Assembly (NCBI RefSeq): GCF_009914755.1
Contig: NC_060937.1
DNA: 64,000 bases
From: the human T2T-CHM13v2.0 reference genome, Homo sapiens
Direction: 5' to 3' (one strand)
Positions 1-15,213 of this stretch are shown piece after piece. The position numbers were made by a program, and so were the translations under genes. Position 1 is the stretch's first letter, and each line of letters opens with the position of its first letter. The notes under the pieces are model-generated. The model made no database searches and was not told the DNA's origin. It worked only from the letters and a program-made list of their open reading frames with translations.

Positions 1-721
1 AAAGATGTGAATAGACATTTCTCAAAAGAAGACAAACGCATGGCCAACAGGTACATGAAAAAATGCTCAACATCACTAATCATCCAAGAAATGCAAATCA
101 AAACCCAATGAGATATTATCTCACCCCAGTTAAAATGTGTTTTATCGAAAAGACAGATGCTGGTGAGGATGTGGAGAAAGGGGAACCCTCGTACACTGTT
201 GGTGGGAACATAAATTAGTACAATCATTGTGGAGGACACTATGAAGGGTCCTCAAAAAACAAAAAAAATAGAATATCATATGATCCCGCAATCCCACTAC
301 TAGGTAAATATCCAAAAGAACGGAAATCAGTATATCCAATAAATGTCTGCACTCCCATGCTTATTGCAGCATTATTCACAATAGCTAAAATACAGACTCA
401 ATCTAAGTGTCCATCAACAGATGAATGGATAAAGAAAATGTGGTACTTACACACTATTCAGCCATAAAAAAGGATGAGATCCTGTCATTTGCAACAATGT
501 GGGTGGAACTGCAGGACATTATGTTAAGTGAAATATCACAGGCACAGAAAGACAAGCAACCCATGTTTGCACTCATATGTGGGAGCTAAAAAATTGATGT
601 TATGGAGATAGAGAGTAGACTGATGGTTTCCAAAGGCTCAGAAGAGTAGTGGGGAGGTGGAGATAAAGAGGTGTTGTCTAATGGGCACAAAAATACAGTT
701 AGATAGTAGGAATAAGATCTA

Positions 722-1032
<311 letters not shown>

Positions 1033-1086
1033 GATCTAGTGTTGATAGCATAATAAAGTGACTATAGTTAACAATAATTTATTGCA

Positions 1087-1156
1087 TAGGTTGGTGCAAA
1101 AGTAACTGTGGTTTTTGCAACTTTAAAAACTGCAATTACTTCTGCACCCACCTAAT
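1087..1156. mobile_element. MADE1 (Hsmar1-derived MITE)
   Basis: TAGGTTGGTGCAAAAGTAA...TTACTTCTGCACCCACCTAA inverted termini match the mariner TIR; the centre is shortened. Confidence 0.9.
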
Positions 1157-1588
1157 ATATTTTGAAGTAATTCGAGGAGTGGATTTGGAATGTTCCCAAC
1201 AAAAAGAAATGATACATGTTTGAGGTGATGGATATCCCAACTACCCTAATTTGATCATTACACTTTGTATGCTTGTATCAAAACATCACATGTACCCCAT
1301 AAATACGTATGACTATTATGTGTCCATAAAAAATGTTTTTAATTCAAAGAGAACCACACAAACGTGGAGGGAAGGGGCTCTGTGCTGGCTACACACGGGT
1401 CATTGCAGCTGGAAGGGACTCCAGAGGCAGGACCATGGATTTTAGGAAAACATCAGTACCATCATTTGCCTTCATACAGGTAAATTTATATAGTACCTCA
1501 ATACCCATTTTCTAGGTAATTTTATGGAGTCTACTTGCCTATCAAATTTCCCTCCAGGTAATCATGAAACTGACATGAAACAGACTAG

Positions 1589-2019
<431 letters not shown>

Positions 2020-3231
2020 TAAATGCCCATTCCCTTCACACAAGGCCACTGAGGATGGAATGGCAATTTTCTTCTCTTAATTCTCATCACATACTGCCTC
2101 CTGCTTCATGCGTTCAATTCCCCACCTTTCCATTTGCCTGGGGCTCAATCGAAGTTCTCCGATTTTTACTTTTCTAACACTGAGTCTATCTTTAAGCAGA
2201 TGTTTTGTTCTGGGACCAGCTCTGTGAAAAGCATTTAGGAAAACAAAAAGTAATTTACTTGCATGAAAGTTAAACAAGGGTGTCCAGGCTTTCAAAAGTC
2301 TAGCTTAAACACAAAACAAAAACAAACAGGAAACCCTGAAATAAACCCAAAAAACCAAAACACACCCATGTTCACACACGAGAGTACCAATGTTGCCAAG
2401 GACACAGTTTCTCTGTTCACGGTGGGAAAACAGCAATTTTGTCACAGTAGCTTATTTACAAAGGACGTTTTCATACATTAGCTTTGAACTGGTCATGGAA
2501 AAAATTCTTTGACATAGAATAAGTAACTTTCAGGAAAGTCTCATGGCTTCATTTATTAAGGGGCCTCTAACCGGACAGGGTTATCCTGTTGGATGGTTTC
2601 TTTTGGTTTATCTCAGGATGCCAAGTGCTTTCTGTTTTTGCCTGACTAGGGCACATGATTATGATGTGCACACTAACTCATCACAGCCGCAGGGACAGAT
2701 GCTGGTTTTGCTTCTAGTCACTTAGTGTTAAGAGATAACGAGGTAATAGAATTCATCCGGTGAGGCCACCACCCTTTTTGTCTCTACCCCTGCGCACACC
2801 TCATGCCAATCCACACCATTCCTTCCTGAACCATCAGCAGCAGCAAGCACAAAGAAACCACAACTCAGAAGATTTTTCAAAAGTGCCAAAAGTTGGCTAG
2901 CAGTCCTATTTGAACACAGACGTGGCTATTGGACAGCAGTTGTCTAGCTCACCCAATCTTAGATGGATACTTTCCTGTAACACAACTAGGTCAAACAATC
3001 TTATCACCCTGACAGAACAGTTCCTGTCTTTCTCTAATAGAAATCTCTCCTGCCTTTATCTGAGCCCATTCCTTCTTGTGATATCTTCCTAGAAATTATA
3101 TACTACTGAAAAAATAGTAATCAAATTACCCTTAGCTTCTTTCCTCTTGGCAAATTTACTTCATATCCATTTTTAAAATGAATCTCCCCTTCCTAATCAT
3201 GTTGTTATTCTTTGTTAATCCTTTCCTTTTA

Positions 3232-3556
<325 letters not shown>

Positions 3557-4754
3557 TGCTCTTTATGGATCTCATTAATGCAATGTATGAAAGAAGAACT
3601 AATACTTTATACTTAGAGCTCATGTTTCATTTTAGTACATCTCAGAATTATGCTGATTTTTCACAACAGCATTCCTAGTAGCATGTATTTTTTTTTATTT
3701 ATTTGTATTCAACTATGCCTCCTATCTCAAAGGATTATTGACAAGTTTAATGGGATTTTGTATGAAAAGTGCTTATCAGAATGCCCGGCACATAGAGAAC
3801 ACTCCATAAACGGTGACTATCATTTTTCATTATTTTTGATACTTTGGACTAGGGAGTCAGTGAAATACGTGGGGAAAGCGGGTTTGCTCAAGATGCATTG
3901 TAGGAAATATTTAGGTAGTGAATAGCAAAATATTTGTGCTCCCTGCTTTAAGACAACTCATTATAGGAACACTGGAATTTACAGAGCTAAAGTGTGCATT
4001 TGGCGTCTGAGATGAAGAGCTGTTCCCTTGCTCAGCCTGTCCAGCTTTATTTGCAGGGCTGTCTGTGGGCCCTCGCCTAAGCAGGGACTGCAGACTATCC
4101 TCCAAGATGATCCATTAGAAAAGGAAGTTAAACAAAGTAATCCACTGTGACACTATATATGAAGGATGATTGTACAGGAACTGTATATTCCTGGAATCTG
4201 TAGTAAATCCACACAGAAGTTTTATTTCTGGCCAAGGACTCAACATCAAATAAATCTGAGATATGACAAATAGTATAACAAAAGTAAACTATAAACCACC
4301 ATCCATTTAAAAGAGGAGAATTATGATCCAAGACTAATGAAATGAGCATTAATATATGTACACATTGATGACACAAAAGGCCTTAATGAATTACTAAATA
4401 CTCATCTGGTTTTATTATGTATAACAATTATAGCAGCTCGGTCTCAAAAAAACAACAACAAAAAAATGTTTAATGATGATGGTGTTCTTTCCCACTGAAA
4501 GCATTCCTTCTCTAAAGTAAGTGGCGACCCTATTCTCCCACCCTTCACCCTTCATAGCCTCCTAAGTTATAAAGTGTGATCATGGCATCAGTGGGGTTCC
4601 CAGGAGATACCTGGTGTTCAGTCTTTCTCAGCCTTCACTCCCGGGAAGTGACAGTGTTTGACATCTATTAGAGCACATCACGCTTCAGATGATGATGATA
4701 AAAATGATCAGATTACATTTTTAGATGTTACCTCTTCAGGTAAAATATATATTA

Positions 4755-5270
4755 TAAAACCAAAGATCCAAATGGGCCATGGTCAGACCATATATAAAAA
4801 CAGAACTGTGACCATAACCTGCCCAGGAAACCAGCCCCTTATCTACAATAAACAGTCCAGCAAGCCCGTCTGCTAAAGCCAGACTTGCAAGAAGTCTGGG
4901 AAATAACAATCTGAGAAGCTAAACAATAACTTTTATAATAATTAATTCCAAATGACCAGGAATTGATTAATAACTGACAGCTTTCCTAGTTTTTGTCCTC
5001 ATTTCCAACTTTAGGCCAACCACAAAAGGCGCCTTAAATAATCACATGGCTGCCGGCTCCCAGTTAGCTAACTCCAGCTTCCCAGACCAACAGCCTCCAA
5101 TCAGGGCACACCTGAAGCTGTCCCTTGTGTCTGCTGTAAAGCTCTCCCACTCCCCTGCCTGCCTTTGAGTCTCTCCCAAATGCCAGTGATGGTGGCTGAC
5201 TCCCTCGCTATAGCAAGCTCTGAATAAACAGCCTTTGCTTTCTCACATGGTGGTCTTCCTTCATTTCATA
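4755..5270 (+). mobile_element. ERV1-class solo LTR (subfamily not assigned)
   Basis: LTR-like motifs (aaacagaactgtgaccataacctgcc; ccaatcag; gcaagctctgaataaacagcc poly(A)-signal region). Confidence 0.6.
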
Positions 5271-5417
5271 TATATAAGCGGTGTGTGTATTTTTTTAATG
5301 CTGCCCACCTGCTTCCCGATCACTCCTCCCTGTCACAAGACCTGAAAAGCCTTCTCAACCAACAGGTGGAGGCCTGGCCTAACTCTTCCCCTTCACCCTC
5401 CCCTCCTCACACTTCTA

Positions 5418-6010
5418 ATGACACAGATTTTCTCCTTGACCAAATGCTAGCCAGGCCTCTCTGAGCCCCCTTCTAGACCAGGCCTCAACCCCCTCAGAGT
5501 GCCTGCTTGAGAAAGCCCAAGACTGACAAAAGAATTCTATGCACCATCTGATGAAAGGCTTCTGGCACTTTCTTAGAGTACTTACTAAAAAGGGCTTACA
5601 ATTGTGACTCCTTCCTCTGTGCCTTTGAGATGGCTGTGTATCTCCTACAAAGGCAATCAAGGACGTAAAAAACCATTCCTTTACAATGTAATCATCAGGA
5701 AGGATAGGGCCAGTGTCTCCCAGTCTCTGGAAGGACAGAATCCAGACTTTGATCATTGCCAGCTAGCAGACACAGCTGCCTAATCAGCATTTACATGCGT
5801 CAATCCTTTGTCAGTTTTCACCTTCCTGACTCTGCTGAAGCCCCACTGGTTCCTCTCCGTTAATCCCTCATTGTCCCTTAAAATGCCCAGTCACCTCTGT
5901 ACAAATCAAAGTTCAGTTCACGCTGGACCCTCTTCCCTATTGCAATAGTACATTATGATTACCATCTGTCCTTACCACGTTACCTAGTGTCTGGTTTATC
6001 TTTGGTACTA
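5418..6010 (+). mobile_element. MER31-like LTR
   Basis: Start TGACACAGATTTTCTCCTTGACCAAA...CCAGGCCTC resembles the MER31 5' end as I remember it. Confidence 0.65.
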
Positions 6011-6069
6011 ACCAGGTGTGCGCCTCCATCCTTCCCCCACCCACACCAATAGCCAGTAGCTGGTCTTCC

Positions 6070-7071
<1,002 letters not shown>

Positions 7072-7213
7072 TTACCTTGGGCAGAGTGCTCAGACCTCAG
7101 GTTGTCTGAAATGAAAGTCACTATCACCCCAGAACCTGCATCCTTTCCCTACTCTTTAGAAATGTGATAGCTGGTGGCACTCCTGTTAAATCTTTCCATA
7201 CCTAAGAAATCTT

Positions 7214-7474
7214 GGCTGGGCACACTAGCTCATGCCTGTAATCCCAGCACTTTGGGAGGCCAAGGCGGGTGGATTACTTGAGGTCAGAAGTTCAAGACCA
7301 GCCTGGCCAACATAGCAAAAACCCATCTCTACAAAAAATGCAGAAATTAGCCGGGCATGGTGGCGGGTGCCTGTAATCCCAGCAACTCGAGAGGCTGAGG
7401 CAGGACACTCCCTTGAACCTGGGACACCACTGCACTCCAGCCTGGGCGTCAGAGTGAAACTCCGTCTCAAAAAA

Positions 7475-7508
<34 letters not shown>

Positions 7509-7510
7509 TC
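7214..7510 (+). mobile_element. Alu with a right-arm deletion and an A/(TA)n tail
   Basis: Alu consensus sequence; the tail grades into (TA)n. Confidence 0.9.
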
Positions 7511-8374
7511 TTCTCTGGGTGAGGACCCACTGCTCCATAGAGCCTTTTCTGGTGAGCCAGACAAAAACTTTTATTTCCCTCATACAAGTACCTGTATGTT
7601 TATGCACACCTGTCTTGACTACACATCTCAACAGCTTTTCACTTACAGTAACATTTAGGAGGTAGCAATGTTAGCTGTCTAACAGACATAGCTTATGCTT
7701 AATTCTTGCAACCCTGGAAAGGCTGTTATGTATAAAATGGGGATAATAATATGTACTTCATAAGGTTGTTATGAAGAGCAAATAATGCTGGCTCGTAGTG
7801 GGAGGTTAGGAATTAATGTCCAATTAGAGAATGAATGAATAAGAGAGAACACACAGTAGTTCATAAATATGAGTTTCCCTTCCCCCTCAAAACAGCAGAA
7901 CCAGAAAACAAGCAAGACCTAAGCATACATCTCACAATGGTCCTTCATCTGCTGTCCAGCAACCCGCCACCTCACTAAACTGACTATTCTATTTTCCTAC
8001 GACACAAATAGATAGATATTTCTTATTTTTAAAATTTAGATCTACATCCCTGCAACTTCTCCCCTTGGGTCCTGGCTCAGTTCCCACCAGCCATACAAGA
8101 TAACATCAGGTGCCTGGGCCTCCATTTTCTTTCTAGGACACCCAGTTTGGCCTTGGGGTGGGCTCCCACAGGTAGCTGGGAAGCTGATGCCCCTGAGTAC
8201 CCACGTCCACCCACACGTGAAAACAAAAAAAAATCTCAGAAAGTAATTTCGAGCACGGGTCAAAGTTCTATTTCACACTTGCAGGGGCAAGACAGCAAAA
8301 GGAAAAAGCTGGTTCACAGCAACTGTCTTAGGAAAGCAAGGCCTCTTTTAGAAACAGAAAGGAACGTCTAGACC

Positions 8375-8510
8375 CGTGGCTTGTTTAAACACCCGCTGCT
8401 AGGCCCCACTGCCAGAGCTGCCTATCCAGGGCCGAGAATGTGCATTTCTAAGTAGTTCTCAGGCGGTGCTGATGCTGCGGATCTGGGGACTGTACTTTGA
8501 GAACCACCGG
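8375..8510. mobile_element. MER5A-like hAT-Charlie fragment
   Basis: gcatttctaag...ggtgctgatgctgc...actttgagaaccac, typical of MER5. Confidence 0.7.
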
Positions 8511-9145
8511 TGCAGACCCTGGCCAACGTTCTTTAGTCTGATGCGTCGGGGAGCTGTAAAGCTGCCATCCTTCACCGGTGGGCAAGTAACCTGGTGGCGC
8601 CACCCCAGGGCCAGACCCAGGGCCGGCCTCGGTGCGCCTCTAGCCAGAAATAACCAGCACTGGGTTCCGCTCACCGGCAACGCCAGGTGGGGGCCATCTG
8701 ACCACTCAACAGTTTTGCTTTTTCTTCAAATTCGGATACTTAGAAGGAATGCGATGAAATTGGGATGAAGGTGTTTTGCTGGCCCCGTGGACAGACCAGA
8801 CCTCCTCCCATCGGAGCCTCGGGTCTCACACCAGCCCCCCAGGCGGCGCGCGGCCCCGTCTCGCCACCGCGGCCCGGGTCGTTCGCGTCTTCCGGCGCCG
8901 AGGGTGCCTCTGGGTCCCAGCACCAGGCTCCGTGGCGCGCACGCGCGGCAGCTTCTTCTAGCCCCGCCAGGAGACGGCCCAGAAGGGCTATGCGGCGCGG
9001 CCTCGCTCCTGGGGGTGGTTAGGAACGACTGTTTCATTTCCTCCTTCACCCTTCAAATCTCAGTTTTTGCTTGGGCTTGAAGGAATGGGCCAGGGTATCG
9101 TGGACGGAGAGTCTTACAAAATTTGAGTTTTTGAGGTCAGAATTT

Positions 9146-9149
9146 AAAA
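9146..9149 (-). terminator. Pol III terminator (T4) of tRNA-Phe
   Basis: TTTT lies 6 nt downstream of the discriminator base on the minus strand. Confidence 0.8.
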
Positions 9150-9154
9150 GTAGC

Positions 9155-9227
9155 TGCCGAAACCCGGGATCGAACCAGGGACCTTTAGATCTTCAGTCTA
9201 ACGCTCTCCCAACTGAGCTATTTCGGC
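9155..9227 (-). tRNA. TRF-GAA: tRNA-Phe (anticodon GAA), intact 73-nt gene
   Basis: Reverse complement reads GCCGAAATAGCTCAGTTGGGAGAGCGTTAGACTGAAGATCTAAAGGTCCCTGGTTCGATCCCGGGTTTCGGCA, the canonical mammalian tRNA-Phe with A and B boxes. Confidence 0.99.
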
Positions 9228-10040
9228 ACGTTCTGGGTTGTCTCCTGAGTAAACTATCACTGAGCGCTTTGCGTCCAACTGGCTTGCTTGTCTTTTCCTG
9301 GTGATCATGTACAGCATTTCTTCCTTGTCCTGTTAAACGGTGTCGTCGGAATTCTTCCACCTCCCTCCTTCTACGCTGCCACTGGGCGCTGCACACGCGC
9401 CTTACTTTCTTAGATTGCTCTCGGCGCGCGCAGCCCGCACGGTCCAGGAGCTGGGTCCAGGCCCCCGATGGCGGCTCCTCGGGATGCTGGTTCCGTCCTC
9501 CCAGGGCCGGTCCCCGCGAGATCCGAAGCAGCGGGGTCGCCTCGGGGAGCTCCTGCCCAGGCCTGGTAGCCCCTTCCCTTCGATCTGCCCCTGCCTGTGA
9601 CTATCCACATTCGTCACCTTGCTCCCCGAAAAGTTCCAGGCCCCAGGTGAGGAGCCGTGTAGGCCCAATACGATTGGATGAAGGAGTGTACGGGGCAGGA
9701 ATCGTCAGACTGGCCTCTGGAGAGGAGTTTGCAGCCTCTCCGTGCTCCGGGCCCGGGAAATGTCCACCTTAATCATCACCTCTTTGCATGGAGCCTGACT
9801 GGCAAATAAATGCTGGGTGAGCTCACTAACGATGATTATTCAGTCAATGCTATTTCCCACACGAGTCAACAAATGTTTCCGAAGCACCCACTACGTGCCA
9901 GGCTCATTCTTTACTTCCCAAACGTCTTACTTTTTCCATTTTTTAATTTTTGTCGCCAATTAAATTGTAATCTGTCAAGGCAGGGATCTTACCCGGCTCT
10001 TTAGAGCTTTGCATTTAAGTGGAAACTTCGCAGCCAATTT

Positions 10041-10095
10041 GGACGGATGGATGGATAGGATGGATGGATGGATGGTTGGATGGATGGATGGATGG
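10041..10095. repeat. (GGAT)n tetranucleotide microsatellite, imperfect
   Basis: ggacggatggatggataggatggatggatggatggttggatgg... Confidence 0.95.
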
Positions 10096-10257
10096 TTGGA
10101 TGGATGGATGGATGGCTGACTTCAAATGCGAAAGAGAAAAAAATACAAAATTAGAAATTTTTGCAATCTCTATTTTCTCCGCCAAGCCTCCTCCCTTATA
10201 AGAAAGAGAGTTTCTTTCTGGGTTCCTTTATTGTGCCAAATCCAAAAAAGAGCCGAG

Positions 10258-10291
10258 GCGTTGATGGTATAGTGGTTAGCATAGCTGCCTT
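10258..10291 (+). pseudogene. 5' half of tRNA-Gly(TCC), truncated in the anticodon loop
   Basis: GCGTTGATGGTATAGTGGTTAGCATAGCTGCCTT matches the first 34 nt of tRNA-Gly-TCC (as remembered) with one mismatch; there is no T-arm or B box; flanked by AAATCCAAA(A/G)AA repeats. Confidence 0.85.
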
Positions 10292-11179
10292 TTAAATCCA
10301 AAGAAACCAAAGAGCTTGAGATTTAACAGAAGTCAGCAGCTAAGGATGAGAGAGAGACCAAAGAGAGCTTGGGGCTGGGCAGAGTTCAGAGAAGGGTTTG
10401 GGGAGCTTGGAGTGGAAGAGGGAGAAATTTTGGGCAGCCACCCTGTGAGGATCGTACATCTAAAAAGAGATGGGGAAAGAGACCTTTAACAGGCTTTCAT
10501 GTATGTTATGAATGTAGCTACCTTTCCCATTCTCCTCAAAACACTGCAGGCAAGACGAATTATTTTCAACAACTCTTGGGCTGCTGGCCGGCTGTTCCTT
10601 ACTGGATTCAATCATGAGATAGCTCAGCTTCTTAAATTTTACAAAAGTTGTGTCTTTAGGTTAAAAATCAAATCTGGGAAGTCTCAAAATATATGTTAGA
10701 GAGTGATGGGATAACACATGTACGGGCTGGGACATGGTGTTAGTGTCTCTCTTTCTTGGTCTCGTAGTCACACCTGCAAACCAGCTGCTTCGTGCATTGT
10801 CACCTGGGAAATGAAATCCTAGGTAACTAGGAAAGTGGCAGGTAAGTTTTGATGGGATTTAGGCTGGGGGTGGGGATGGGTAGCAAAGGTCCAAGCAGGA
10901 TCTAATGGAAAATGGAGGAACAGGATAAGAGAGAGAGGAGAAGGAAGAGTGCAACCAAGAAACATTGCTTTGTGATTTAATGCGATGAGAACCCTTGGCA
11001 AATTGTGAGATAATAGACACTACATTGTCATAGTGATCATTTGTTTAGTAAAAGTTGATTTTAGAAAGTAAGTGTTGTGAGAGATGTCTTGGATAAGCTG
11101 GGTATCCAGGAAAGTCCTTGTTTATATATGTTGTCCCGGAACTCTCCATGGTAGTAGCCTCTTCACTGTTAAACAGTTA

Positions 11180-11571
<392 letters not shown>

Positions 11572-12847
11572 TCAGCTTGATGCTCTCCGGGTTTCTCCCT
11601 AGGTTTTCCTGTTAGTGAAAAGATCTTCAACATCAACCCAATATTTATTGTTGCTGTTTTACAAAGGAGACCGAAAGTTTCTGGGACTTAGTGCCACGGT
11701 CCCGAAACTGCAGCCACCTGGGGCACTGAAGAATATTTCACATTTTTGAGAGAAACACAGCGATGCTTGGCATCTGTGGGACGCTATGCAAACTACCCAG
11801 TAGTTCATTGTTTTGGCAAGAGATTACATTTCTATCAGTGATGTCATCTCTTTCAGCATGATAAAAAGTACCCATGAATCAATGGGGAATATGAAATTAG
11901 GGTTGAGATGTCCAATCTGTTTCCAAGCTTGAGAAATTGTACACTGTCCAGGATACACACATCCCACCAGTAAGTTAACTGTGGTGAGAATGAAATTAGG
12001 GAGTCTCTGAGCCTACTCTGGCTTGGGAGGCTGCCCTTGAAAAAAAAAAAAAGAATGAAATAAAAGTGTAACTTTTCTTTCAATTTATATGTATAATTTT
12101 TTTCAAGTGGCTACGAAGTTGTTGGACATAAATCCTTATTAAGTTATTTGGACCTGAGTACTTAATAAAAGGAATTGTTCGGCATTTCTTTTGGCCTGGG
12201 GGCATTGGAAAAAATTACTGAGACAGTAAGAGCTGCCTGTGAACAGAGAAAGCGAAAAACAATTATTATGAGTTTGGGAAAAACCTTGCTTTACTCAGCA
12301 AGATTGCAGCGCAAAGAAGAACTGTCAGAACATCCAAGGAGACCAAGCGCCACAGGCTAAATAAAGTGAAGTGAAAATCTGTGCACACACATCATAGTAA
12401 GAAGAGACAGGTGATAAAGAAGTTGGCATTCAAAATGAGGATAAAGATGTTGAAGAAGACTCTGTGTTGGAAAGAAACTGTGTAAGCTGCAGTCCTGTTT
12501 TCCAAATGAGCTCGCGGATTTTGGCCAACTCCAGTCTAATTACCTATGATTAAAAAAACCAGCTAATTACGAGAACTAACTAGCAGATCTGAGAATAATA
12601 AAACTGAAGAGAGTATGTTGCATATAGTTATAACAGCTAATAAATTTTTGTGGGTTTTTTTGTTTGTTTTGAGATGGGAGTCTTGCTCCATTTATTGCCC
12701 AGGCTGGTCTCGAACTCCTGGGCTCAAGGGATCTTCCCAGGTAGCTGGGATTACAGACACACACAACTGTGCCCCACTTCTGATAAAAATTTAAATGGCT
12801 GTTAATTAATCTCTCCTTCAGTTTGCTCCTTGGGATTCTGCAGTGCA

Positions 12848-12888
12848 CATGCATACACACACACACACATGCACACACACACACACAT
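12848..12888. repeat. (CA)n microsatellite, interrupted
   Basis: catacacacacacacacatgcacacacacacacaca. Confidence 0.95.
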
Positions 12889-12899
12889 TTTTGGGGGCC

Positions 12900-14029
12900 T
12901 CTGATTTTAATCAATATTTCTTTAAAGTATTTTAAAAATGATGGGGGTATGTCAAAAGGACCTAGGAACCAGTTTGAAGGGGCTCCTACTGGCCAAAACT
13001 GGGACAATCTGAGCATCAAAATAAATAAGAATATTAATGGATTATTTACCCTTTGAATAAAATAAAAGTCCTTTAGTACAATAATTGTGTGGTGGATGCA
13101 GGGGAGGAATTGAGGATTCTTATAGCTGAATGAAGTGTGCAGACTGACAAATTTGGAGGTAGTGGTAGCACGGGATATCACCATTTTCCAAACATCATAG
13201 TAAAGATTGATTCAGTCAAGAATCATCAATGGATGTTAAGTCTAAGGGGGGACAGTTAAACGAGGAGCAGGATCATTGCATGGCCTCAAAGTATTTCTCC
13301 ACAGATTGCTTAAACTGCACAGTGGAGAAAACGGACAATGCCATGATCCGGTCATCAAAATTAGCATCACCAATGTAGGACATTCGGTCATCACATGCCT
13401 TCTATTGTGATGCCCTGTAAAAGACACAACACACACAGTGCTCCAGGCAGGGAAGCAGAACCTAACTTTAATCATGGAGCAGCATTATACAAACCCCAAG
13501 TAAAGGTCATCCTAGTAAATAAATGGCCTGTATTATTCAAAACTGTTAAGGTCACGAAAGCAAAGAAAAGCTGAGGAACTGTTCCATATGCAAGGAGGTG
13601 AAAGAAACACAACTCAGTGCAATGTGTAATCCCAGACTGGTTCCTATTCTGGAGGAGAAAATGCTTTAAAGGGTGCTATTGGGACAACTAATGAAATTGG
13701 AACATGAGCTGCAGATTAGATGAGTGTGTTTTATCAGTGCTAAATTTCCTGAAGTTGGCAACCATAGTTAGGTAAGAAATATCCTTGTTTCAGGAAGTAC
13801 ATACTGAACTATTAAGGGATGAGAGACAATCCACTCTCAAATAGATTCTGAAAATAAATAATAGTATGCATACATATTATTATATATGTAAACATATACA
13901 CACATGCATGTGTATATATGAAGATAATATTAAAAAATAGAAACAAATATTAAAATTTGGCGTATCTGAGTAAAAGGTATATGGAATTCTTCTGTATCAT
14001 TTTATAACTTTTCTAAAAATTTGAAACTC

Positions 14030-14030
<1 letters not shown>
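12900..14030 (+). mobile_element. Old L1 (L1MC/L1ME-like) 3'UTR remnant
   Basis: Motifs such as aaagctgaggaactgttcc, gggacaactaatgaaattggaa and ctaaatttcctgaa are typical of L1M 3' ends. Confidence 0.65.
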
Positions 14031-14636
<606 letters not shown>

Positions 14637-14828
14637 TACCCTCAGATTTGTTTTTAAAATAAAAAAAATAAATAAATAATGTTTGGCGGTCTTCTTGAGC
14701 CAAGACAATTTCAGTTAGAATCATACTATAGCTAAGAGCTGGAAGAGAATTTAGCATTTATTTCGCCTGACCACAAATTTTACGCTAATGCTCCGGAGAC
14801 ACTAATAAGTAACTTGCTTGAGATTACC

Positions 14829-15213
14829 GTATCAGTCTTCTCGGGCTGCCATAACAAAATACCGTAGACTGGGTGACTTAAACAACAGAAATTTATTTTT
14901 TCACATTTTGGAAGCTGGGAAGTCCAAGATCAAGGCTTTGGAGGATTGGGTTCCTGGTGAGGGCTCTCTTCCTGGCTTGCCGAGGCCACCCTCTCTGTGT
15001 GCCCACATGACCTTTCCTCCGTGTGTGTATGCGTGTGGAGAGAGAAGGCTTCCACATCTCACAAGGCCATCAGTCCTATCAGATTAGAAACCCACGCTTA
15101 CAACCTCTTTAGCCTTCATTACCTCCCAAAAACGCTACATCCAAATACAGTCACATCGGGGTTAGGGTGTCAACATATTAATTTTGGGGGGACATATTTT
15201 TTAGTCCACAGCA
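14829..15213 (-). mobile_element. MLT1A/B-type MaLR solo LTR
   Basis: gggctgccataacaaaatac...gactgggtgacttaaacaacagaaatttatt...ccaaatacagtcacat. Confidence 0.85.

Larger units (their letters stand above)
8500..9760. promoter_or_regulatory. CpG island surrounding tRNA-Phe
   Basis: Dense non-repeat CpGs and high GC against an AT-rich, CpG-depleted background. Confidence 0.85.

Noticed and set aside
8459-9668. Cluster of short ORFs around the tRNA
   Set aside because: Low-complexity R/P/G/A-rich translations of a CpG island, with no known motifs.
11640-12500. Unique sequence with exon-like composition
   Set aside because: Trial translations gave no recognisable protein and no consistent splice sites.
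12576-13184. 202-aa minus-strand ORF
   Set aside because: A chance frame through an Alu fragment, a (CA)n repeat and an old L1 remnant.
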